DNA from: Flaccisagitta enflata
Lineage: Eukaryota
Reading direction: 5' to 3'
DNA length: 64,000 nt
NCBI GenBank assembly: GCA_965153355.1
Contig: OZ231126.1
Coordinates: forward strand, 20,894,001-20,958,000
Part shown: in pieces, positions 53,234-64,000 of the stretch
Layout: every line of letters begins with the position of its first letter
Position numbering within the stretch: the first letter of the stretch is position 1
The notes under the pieces: generated by a model
Database searches by the model: none
What the model was told of the DNA's origin: nothing
Seen by the model: the letters and a program-made list of their open reading frames with translations, nothing else
Position numbers and translations under genes: made by a program

Positions 53234-54320
53234 GTAAGATATTTTTGAGGGGAAATATATTCTCGGTTGTGTAATTAAAATGCAAATGTGCTTGTCCATT
53301 TCCAATATCTGACTCGTGTGAATGGAAGGTAAAAATTCAAACCATGGGAGAGGACTTTTAAAATAGAGATTCAGCCTGAACAAATTTACCGTTTTTTTTT
53401 TCGTGCTAGAAGTACAGAGTACATGCGAATAATTGCATTTCCAAATGATGACAAACTCATTTTTTTTGGTGATTTTATTCTTTCAAACCTGGAGAAAGAA
53501 AATCTCTCATTGTGGGTTTAGAATTTGCTCGCGGGTGTTCTGTGAAGGGCGTTGGTTCAAAGCCTCAAACGCTAAGAAAGACGCCTCAGGCTAATTATCC
53601 TCTCTCGTTTAAAGACAATTTTTGAAGGGGAAGAAATGAATGTCAGAAGCATTTGGAGAATTAAGTCGCGCATATTACGACCAATTCTGTCAATGTCGTT
53701 TTATGGCACAAAAGTTTCTTTTTGAGGGCTCGCTGACAGAAATTGTCGACAGCGAGAGTAAAAGAGAGAGAGAGCGAACAAAATTTAGAAAGATACTGTT
53801 TCTTGTAGATTTCTCCCTTAATCTGTCTCTAAAGATGTCGTTCCTTTCGATTTTGTAGTCATCATTTTTCCCCTGTTAATGAGGCCTTTTGTTTTTTTCG
53901 TCTTTCGTGAATTAAAGCGAAAACGTGTCCTGATTGTTTTGAAATGAGATTTCCAAAAAAAAAAAAAAAAAAGCAAAGATATGATCGTTTTTTTTTAGCT
54001 TTATTAAGAAATAGGAGAAAACCCTCAGAATTGCATGTAGTTATATCAATTCTTTCCTGTCTACTTTACGACCGAGAGATAAACCGACCAACGGACACAC
54101 CCCCTTAGAAATGCTAGGACGCAGTTTTGACCAGGCCAAACCAACCTTAATATAGGATTGATTCTGTTGTACAGTGCATCTTATTGCGTACTTAGCAAAT
54201 ACCAAATTTCTTTCTGTCTCTGTTTTAAGGCTACTTTTTGGTGGCATTTTAACGGATCTGAACTAGTCCTTTTCTTCTGCTTGTTTACGGCGTGTAAACT
54301 TACCCATAAAAACAGTATTT

Positions 54321-54472
<152 letters not shown>

Positions 54473-54545
54473 GCTCCTCTCGTTTATGTTTAGGAAATAA
54501 AATCTATTCTCTAGAAGAAATATAAAAAGTGTAAAAGGTATAATG

Positions 54546-54597
<52 letters not shown>

Positions 54598-54668
54598 TTC
54601 CTTCCTTATCTAATTTGTCTATCGTAAAAAGCCTGAAAATCGATTTTTAAAGCCAGGACGGGTTTGAT

Positions 54669-54825
<157 letters not shown>

Positions 54826-55842
54826 AAAGTTGACAATCTCTTTTTTACGCTGCCTCTCTTTTTGACTCTGTCTCCCTTTTCTACATCCCGTGCGGTTGAA
54901 CTTTCGGGGAGGGCCGAGTACGACAACGGCGGCGGCGCCCAGGCCGTGGCCGGGGGAGCTAACGACTTAACTGGCCATAATTCCATAAAAATGACAAGAG
55001 ATTCTTAGTCCTTTTTTACTCCCGCTTATATTCCCTCCTTCTGTTTTCCCTCCCTTTTTTCATGCGTGCTTGCGCCTTTTTAACGTGTTTTTACTTATTT
55101 GTGTCGTGATCCTACACTCTCAAAATTTGCTCGTTAAGAAAGAAGTCCGGCCGTCTGTTTGCGACCGCTCGGCCGTCTATCCATCCTTCTGTCCCTCCGC
55201 CCTTGCCTCGTTCACTCTCGCGGTCTTTGTTGCCTTTGTAAACTCTTCTGGGTTGTGTTGAGCGACCCTGTTAAATCAAAACTTATGAGTTAAAATGTCA
55301 TTAGATCTATTCCACTGACAAATACTTACATGTTGCGTCAACTCCACTATGAAAAACGTACAATAAGGTCAACAACTCGCTACTCACTACCTCACTACCT
55401 TTGTAAAGCGTCTGATTTGGCTTTTCAGCTCTGACTTTCATTAAAGAAAAAAACACAATTTGTGAAAGACAAGGATATGGACCATCAGTGAACTTTGAAC
55501 ATGACGTTACCATCCTCTTTCTTGTTTTACCTGTCTTTCCTTTTTTACCTGTCTCAATCCTTGCAATTTATCTTCTCATTTTTCATTAGCATTCTTGAGA
55601 AACGCGGAAACTCAATTTAATCCAATCCATTCTCACTTTCTCTCCCTCCCTCCCAAGCCTCAAAAGAGAGACCACCAGCTCATGACTCATATTAAGAATT
55701 CCCCCTCCCCTCTCTCTCTCGCATTGGCTTATTGGCTTCCTCGATGTTCCATGTTTGCCTTTTGGCATTTGCTTTTTGCATTCTATATGAGGGTCTTTTC
55801 CAAATAAGGCAAGGCTTCTGTATGAGGGCATTCTTCCGAGCT

Positions 55843-55885
<43 letters not shown>

Positions 55886-56331
55886 GTTTCCATCTCGGTC
55901 ACGCCATGGGTTGTCGCGTTACGATAGTGGCGTCGCTCTGTGGGAGGGAGATAAGAAAAAAAGAATAGAAAAGAAAAGAGAAAAAACTAATTCCAAGCAA
56001 TTGAGGTTAAGGCAGCAAGAAGGAGGGAATGGTGAGAGAAGCTTTGGGAGAGGGGGAAGGGGTTACGGCTTGCGATAGACTATGGCGTCACCATCACGGT
56101 TGGTTACAATCAGGTTTTGAGGGCAGATGGGTGGGGGTGGAGAAGAAAAGAGGAAGCTTCAGTGACTTTGAACACTGTTCAATGAACAGTTAACATGTAA
56201 TTAGGCAGACATTCGTCGGAGATATTTCCTAGCGGAAAACAACATTGCTTCACACTCGTTGAACTTTGAGGTTGCGAAAAACCACACAGAGATCTACTTC
56301 TCCACTTTCTTTCTTTCTCTCTTTCTTTCTC

Positions 56332-56387
<56 letters not shown>

Positions 56388-56391
56388 TTTT

Positions 56392-56970
56392 TGGGCAGCG
56401 ATGACCTATAGGGCAATTTTCTCCGGTTTCCGTTTTCCGTCCGTCCGTACGTCCCCCCTCCCTCGAGCCTCAAGTAAAGCCTCTCAGACCTCAAATCAGG
56501 CCTTTTAGACCCCAAATCAGACCTCTCTGACCCCAAATCAGGCTTCTCAGACCTCAAATCAGGCCTCCCAGACCCTAAATCATGCCTCTCAGACCCCAAA
56601 TTAGGCCTCTCAGACCCCAGATCAGGCTTCTCAGACCCCAAATAAGGCCTCTCAGACCCAAATCAGGCCTCAGACCCCACATCAGGCTTTTCAGACCCCA
56701 TATTAGACCCCTCAGACCCAAATCAGGCCTTTCAGACCCCGAATCAAGCATCTCATACCCCAAACCACGCCTCTCACACCCCAAATCCGACCTTTCAGAC
56801 CCAAAATCAGGCCTCTCACCCCTCCAAACCAGCTTCTCAAACCGGAGAAAATTGTCCTATGTGGAATCATAGGTCATCGGCCCTACCGGGGCCGCTGCCT
56901 TTTCATAATCCCATTCCCACATACACTAACATCGGGTACCGCTGACAATGTAACGCTTTGGCGACTATTC
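56392..56970 (+). mobile_element. Same 21-bp-minisatellite element family, in the Hox intron
   Basis: GGGCAGCGATGACCTATAG start, (CTCTCAGACCCCAAATCAGGC)n array, ATAGGTCATCGGCCC..GGGGCCGCTGCC, end AACGCTTTGGCGACTATT. Confidence 0.7.
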
Positions 56971-56980
56971 TTTCTTTCTC

Positions 56981-57064
<84 letters not shown>

Positions 57065-57327
57065 TTTTTTTTCTTTCTTTCTTTTTCTTTCTTAACAATA
57101 AATGGCAGTCAATCCACTTGACGAACCATAAAATGTCAAGAGAAGATGAGTGAAGATAATAGGATAGAATGAGATAGAGTAGCAAACCTGAAAAATCGAA
57201 TCCCACCCAATTATAACCAATTAAAACGTGGCCTTTGCAATGAAGAAGTGGCATGGCAGGTGGGATTCTACAAGATCTAAAAGCTGTAATTGATGAGGTA
57301 AAGATGCGGCATTTCTCAAACATCCAT

Positions 57328-57392
<65 letters not shown>

Positions 57393-57571
57393 CTGCAAAC
57401 AAGCAAAAGAAAAAAAGGCATAACAAAACGAAATGCACTATGCCCTCCCGTGTCATCGATTCTGATTAATAGACAAACTTGATCTACCTCAAGTATCGAG
57501 TTTTTGTTGGTGCTTTAAAAAATCTGTAATTACAGAATGATAAAAAAAAAGAATGAAAAACAGAATTTCAG

Positions 57572-57671
<100 letters not shown>

Positions 57672-59504
57672 GTGGGGCTCTTTCAAAAACTGAAAAATAA
57701 CGAGTAACTTCGCACGAAAATAAATCAATCACAAGATGAAATCTTCAGAAAAAACTTGAGACCCGAGTTTTTCTTCTTCTGAATTTACTTGCTTCGATCT
57801 TTCAAACTTGAACATAGTATAGTCATAGACATGAAAAAAGGAAAATAAAAAACGGTTTGAATTGTAGCTTTTTTCCTTTACACAAATCATCCTCATTCCC
57901 TCTTTTTTTCCTGTCTTATTGAAGTGAAATTCTTTTTTTTTTTTCATTTATCGACGAGAATGTTGAAGCTCGTATTGAGCTGAGATCTTCGAAGAGGAGG
58001 CCACACTAAAGACCCTTCAGCGGGTTTTATGACCTTTTACAGCCTTGTTGCCGAGTCGCGCTCGATTGTTCTTCACCGCCAATCCCAGTTTGGTCTGTCG
58101 TCGTCGTCGTCGTCGTCATCATCGTCGTCGTCATCGTCATCGTCGTCGTCATCGTCGTCGTTGTCGAAATAGTGACGAGCATGTTGATCGATTACTAGGA
58201 ATCGTCTGGCAGTTGGACGGACGTGTGGACGTAGATGCGGACAAACCTCATATATAAATACAAAGGACAGATGAATCAACGGGCGAATGACCTTCTATGG
58301 GGGAATGAACTTCAGCCATGTTTGAAAATGGACCGCCTTGACAACGTCTCATTCAAAAGAAAAGTGTGGACGGACAGACTGAGACCTGTCTGGATACCGC
58401 GGAATGGGAGAAAACATACGAATCGTACGAGGGACAGTGCGTATCGGTTTATGCTGGGGAAGGATAGACGGCGACGGATCGGCGAAAATGAAGCACTTGA
58501 ACACAGACGGAGATCTCGTCAATATCCGGGATTACGAATACATTCTCTGAATCCTAGAGATAACCGATAAGAATAAGTTTTTTTCAACCTACATTCTTAT
58601 CCATAAGTCCATCAGTCCATGCCGCTCACTTACATTTTCATCTGTCAAGAAAACCTTGCCGGATGAAGGAGGAGATAGGGAATATACCGGATGGTAGGGG
58701 TAATGACCTCGCACTGATGTCTATTTGATCACATGGTTTTCTTTACGAATCGTGGAAGAGATAAAACGTCAAACATTGAGTATCGAAAAAAAGAGACTGT
58801 CGAGTTTTTCCTCTTTCTGTTGTGAGATTTTTTGGACTTTGCCCTCATTTACATGAAGATTAGAAAGACAAGAGAAATTGAATTATTGTTACTTCCTTTA
58901 TTTGCGCTTCTCTTTGAGGGCGAAATGATCTTTATCATAATGGCTTCGGATGTCACGAAGAATCTTGGGTGGGTGAAAAAAAAGAAACACATCGAAAAAT
59001 CGAGCTTCATGTTTCAAGAACATGGGTTAACTAAATATTTTGTCATCAAAGAATAAGCATGTTGGAATGGTGCGATGAGATGGACATGAGTCATAACGGT
59101 GACAATCATAAAATACCTCACACGTCGTCAAACTGACAGTGACAGTTACCTCTTTCAATTCACAGCAAAAAATCGACTTGTGAAGGATATCGAAATTGGT
59201 TCAGAGAAAGAGAAAGAGAAAGAAAGAGAGACGCAGTAGAAATGGCAGAGAGCGCCAAAAAAAGATTGGTTTTCTTGGTTGGCAATTGCATTTGTGGATT
59301 GTGTGCCCTCCCACTCTGCATTTGAAATGAGATTTGTTGATTTGAGGGGCAGCACCGTTCTGACGCATTCACAGATGGAACCAGCTAAAAGCCGATTCTT
59401 CCCCAAACAGAACCAAATCTAAAGAGGGCCTTTGGTCCATTCAAATTCCATTTTCTTTTCTTTCTCTGTTTTGAGTCAATGCCACAATCTGATTTCATGG
59501 GCGG

Positions 59505-59605
<101 letters not shown>

Positions 59606-60200
59606 AATTGCATTGCGACACTAGAATCCCTGCGGGATCCAATAGCAATTCAACCACTGCGATCCTCTCCTGACCAAAAATCCAATTGAACACTGATGTC
59701 ATCGATGTCATCACCACCATCGTCGTCCACGCCATTATCTACAGTGTCATCATCGACATTGTCATCAGCGTATCACCAACTTAGTCCTTGGCATCAATTT
59801 TACAAATGTCTTTGTCTTTTAACTTAGCTGAGAAAAAAAAAGAATCACTTCTCACAACAGAAACAAAAAGACAAATATCCAGCTGACGGCAGCAAGTGAA
59901 CTCAAGAGCTTGAAACAGAAAAAAATGTCAATTTAAGACATATTCAAGAGCCCGAAAAAGACAATTTAAAGCGTTTTTGAGAGCTCAAAAAAGACAATTT
60001 AAGACATTTTGAAGAGGTTAAAAAAAAAAAAGACAAAAACAAAAAGGAGAGACAATATAAAGCAATTTCGTTATCACAAAAATGGAAGATCCTCAAAAAC
60101 AAATCTAAATTGCCTCTTCACCTTGAAATGGCTGACAGCCGCCACTGATTGATTCGTGATTAATTTTTGAAAATAAAACGTACCGACCGCGTAGTAACAT

Positions 60201-60248
<48 letters not shown>

Positions 60249-60630
60249 AGAGAGAGAGTGTTTGAACTTTATAGAGACGGAGACGCGGGGGTTATCTTAT
60301 CTTTCCGACTGTATTGTTTGATTCGCAGTCCGCATCGACGAGGAGGAAAATAAACCATTTTTTGGTGTACTTAACCAGTTTAGGATCTTGGTTGCAGGGT
60401 GTAAGTTTCTGGTGCTTTAGAATGGAAAGATATCAAGTGGATAGGCAGAGGGGAGTGTGTATTGGTTGTGCATTGGTGGATGAACACGCAACTCATTGAG
60501 ATGTTTGTGTGGCAAATGTCTTGCTCGCTTGTCATATCTGTGCTTTGCGATGTGGTGGTTTGTGCTTACTCCGAGATGCGGCCACAAAAAAACTAAACCT
60601 TATACCCTACCTCTTTCCTTTTCTCTACAG

Positions 60631-61046
60631 GATTGACGAAACCTTCTCCATTGACGTCGGGTGGAGTAACCACGGCCATCTTGCCTCCTCACATCCCGGG
60701 CCTCACTCACCCGTTTCCTCACCATCATCCTCACGAGCACGGCCCTTCCGTCATCGAACTCACCTCCAGCGGCCGGAAGAAACGCGTGCCTTACACGCGC
60801 TCGCAAACCAGTTGGTTAGAACGCGAATTCGTCATGAACACTTACATCACGCGCAAGAGACGAGTCGAACTCGCTTACATGCTCAACCTCACCGAAAGAC
60901 AAGTGAAAATATGGTTTCAAAACCGAAGGATGAAGCAGAAGAAGCTGATGGAGAGAGAAAGATCGAAGCATCACGCAGTCGCTGGTCGCGGCGGTGGTGG
61001 GGGAGGAGTCTCGAGCGGTGTCGGGATGGAGATCAAGACCATGTGA
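60631..61046 (+). CDS. Posterior Hox gene, exon 2, containing the homeodomain (60771..60950)
   Basis: Polypyrimidine tract + TACAG acceptor (AG at 60629-60630). Encodes [61 protein letters not shown]3, P7-Y8 and [14 protein letters not shown] are posterior Hox signatures. Stop TGA at 61044-61046. Confidence 0.95.
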
Positions 61047-61489
61047 AAGTGAGAGACGGATTATTGAGGCGGAGGAGGGTGAAGTTTGGGGGAAAGTTCG
61101 TGTTGGGACAGGAAATGGTTGACGTCTAGCGTTTGGCATGATCCATCGCCGTCGCATGCGCTTGGTTCCATCCATTTACAGAAGCAAAATATATCACACG
61201 CGATGCGACGCGTACGTGTAACGTGTGCAAGACAAACTCCTCTCAAATGCTTGCAATTGCGTGCATCAATAACGTGCATTTATCCGTGATCAATAATGTT
61301 TGATGAAAGTGATTTTTTGCCCAAACGTGGGCAACGTCGTCGCCCTCATTCGTATCTGCACAACTTTCCTCCCTTCCGCCTTCCCTCGTGGCGATTCATG
61401 ATTGGTCGAAAATTGTGACGATGGAAATCTGTCTCAACCAATTTGTGGTTGTGGGGGGGGGGGGAATTCCGACTGGTATCCATATGATG

Positions 61490-61901
61490 GATGATTTGAG
61501 GTGGGTTAGGACATGATTATGTGCTGGTCGATGTTTTGAGGTGGGTTAGGTCATGATTATGTGTTGGTCGATGTATTGAAGCATGTTAGAACATAATATT
61601 GATAATGTTCTGGTCGATGTTTTGAGGTGGGTCAAGACATAATTATGTGTTGGTCGATGTATTGAAGCGGGTTAGAACATGATATTGATAATGTCCTGGT
61701 CGATGTTTTCAGGTGGGTCAGGACATAATTATGTACTGGTCGATGTTTTGAAGTGGGTTAGGACATACTCATGTGCTGGTTGATGTTTTGAGGTGGGTCA
61801 GGACATAATTATGTGCTGGTCGATGTTTTGACGTGGGTTAGGACATAATTATGTGCTGGTCGATGTTTTGAGGTGGGTCAGGACATAATTATGTGCTGGT
61901 C
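61490..61901. repeat. 40-bp minisatellite with 46-bp variants, ~10 copies
   Basis: Unit GATGTTTTGAGGTGGGTTAGGACATAATTATGTGCTGGTC. Confidence 0.92.
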
Positions 61902-62463
61902 ATTAGATAGAAAGTCTTTAAGGAACATCGATCAAAAGCCGATTAATCAATTGTCACTTTGCCTCAACATCATCGCGTTTGGCTGACAACTGCACCTTCA
62001 CTTGCAATTACCAACAGACATCGGCTCCCACCTCTCTAGAACTTTCTCTTTCTTTCTGTCTCACCTCTTTTTTGTCCCTATCTGTCTGTCTCTTTCTGTT
62101 TTTTTTTTTCTGTAAGTTGTCTTTGTCTAAACATCATGTTTTACATTTTAATTTTTGTTTGTTGTTTGTTGTTTGTTTGTTTGTTTATTTGTTTGTTGTT
62201 TGTTTGTTTTGTTGTTTTGGTTTTTATTTGTTTTGTTTTTGTTTGTTGTTTGATGTTTATTTATTTGTTTGTTTGTTTGTTTGTTTGTTTGTCTGTTTTT
62301 GTTTGTTTGTTTGTTTTTGTTTGTTCGTCTGTCTCTGTCTGTCTGTCTTTTCTCTCTGTCTGTCTGTCTCTCTGTCATCTGCTCTCTCTCTCCAAATTCC
62401 TTCTCTTTTGTATGTTTTTTCAATCCTCCATTTTCTGTTTACTTCTTTTGAATGGAGTCTATA

Positions 62464-63060
62464 CATGCAAAGTGCTCGAGCAAACCCAGCTAAAACTGGA
62501 GGATTAATTTTTGTTACTTTAATTTCATTTCCCAAACTTAATTTTTTGTATCTAACTTAATTAAAAGATACTTAATTCCTTGAACATATTTGGCTGTCAA
62601 AAAAAATAACTCGTGAAATCAAAGTGCATGAATCAGAGGTGAGTGTTCCTTGGAGACCATTGGATTTGGCAGAGAAAATTTTACCTATCTTAGACTACAA
62701 GAACAGCTCTTCAGTCCAGACAACTATTTATAAATTTTATGACATTAAAGTTTTAGGACAATTGTCCCTAAATTATTTTTGAGACAATTGTCCTTAAAAA
62801 GTGAAAATAATATAAATTCTTAAATAATTGTCTATTGACTATTCTTATAGTCAGACAAATAATTTCTGCCAAATAGTCTGGATTAAAAACACTCAATTCA
62901 CAATGTCTCATGCACTTTGATTTCATGAGTTGACACGACAGCCAAATGTATTTAAAAATTATGTATCTTACAGTGGTTAGATACAAAGAAATGGTTGGGA
63001 AAAATTAGAGTAACAAAAATTAATCCTCCAGTTTTAGCCGGGTTTGCTCGGAAGGTACTG
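62464..63060. mobile_element. Palindromic MITE (Tc1/mariner-type, TA-flanked)
   Basis: CGAGCAAACCCAGCTAAAACTGGAGGATTAATTTTTGTTACT versus AGTAACAAAAATTAATCCTCCAGTTTTAGCCGGGTTTGCTCG; the arms stay alignable for ~150 bp. Confidence 0.8.
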
Positions 63061-63391
63061 TATATATCTGTCTGTTTGTTTTTGAGTCTATGTGTGGGCC
63101 TGTTTACATATATATCTGTCTTTCTGTCTCTCCGTCCCTCTGTGTCTATGTGTCTGTCTCTATCCCTGTGCACGTCCTTGTCCCTGTCTCCCTCTTGCGC
63201 GTCTGGCGAGCGCGGAATTCGTATTACCGCTTTTATTATGCCCCCCCCCCTCCCAGCCCCATTCATCATTTAGAAAGAATAAAAATGGTTTCCTGGCTCT
63301 GGAGATCGAGACCATCACACGTCCACGCTGGTTTTACATTCCAATGCAGCTGGGCAGCTCTATGAAGTAGGAATGAGACGGAGAATGAAAG

Positions 63392-63446
<55 letters not shown>

Positions 63447-64000
63447 CCAGACGAACGAACAGACAGACAGACAGACAGACAGACTGATAGCGACAGACCA
63501 GATACAAAAAGACAGACGAACAGATAAACAGACGAAAAGAAAGACGAGACAGACAGACAGACAAAAGACAGAAAGACAGAAAGACAGGAAAACAGAAAGA
63601 CAGTCGGACTGACACTGACATAAACAATGACAGACAGCCAGTAAGTGACTGATTGACTTACTTAATGACTGGCCATTGGCCAACTGAGTTAGTGATCAAG
63701 TAATTGAGTGTGATTTGGATATAAATTGGTTACAACACAACAACAACTGAGTGACAGATGGAGTCCTTAGTACAGAAAGACAGGCAGTCGATGAGACAAA
63801 CAATCCTACGTGAAAGCCATGTGAGAAAGAGCGTAAGCCAGAAAAAGATTCTGTGTCAGACTGTGGGCGCGGCGTGTTTCTAGTGAAGATGAAAAACGCG
63901 TTTGTTCCTGTGAAACGCGTTTACAGCATGAACACATATTCAAAATTTCAACTGTCCCATGAGAAGTGAGCAAAGTGAGTGAAGCGGGCTATAAAACAGA

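Noticed and set aside
52363..53383. Antisense ORFs (222 aa, 171 aa) over Hox exon 1
   Set aside because: They are shadow frames of a GC-rich, repetitive coding strand.
58235..58570. 111-aa ORF in the Hox intron as a possible extra exon
   Set aside because: No recognisable motif or convincing splice sites; the two-exon model is already in phase.

Overview
Repeat-rich genomic DNA from an animal (bilaterian invertebrate-like), not a prokaryote. It has spliceosomal GT-AG introns and very dense (GA)n/(CA)n/(CAA)n microsatellites, so most ORF-track entries are microsatellite artefacts. Two host genes can be reconstructed by hand. (1) A two-exon posterior (Abd-B/Hox9-13-class) Hox gene on the + strand, join(51199..53233,60631..61046), about 816 aa, with a very long low-complexity N-terminus and a divergent homeodomain. 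(2) A seven-exon secreted protein on the - strand (33377..24899, about 394 aa) with signal peptide + coiled coil + atypical fibrinogen-related domain; a tandem duplicate of its first exon has been disrupted by a transposon. The rest is a layered record of mobile DNA: more than 20 Helentron-associated (HINE/DINE-1-like) elements with co-varying hairpins, a hAT element with ~800-bp TIRs and a transposase remnant, other hAT-type and Tc1/mariner-type MITEs, two Chapaev-like palindromic MITEs with 4-bp TSDs, a LINE ORF1-only remnant and several minisatellites. All calls come from reading the sequence; no database searches were run.
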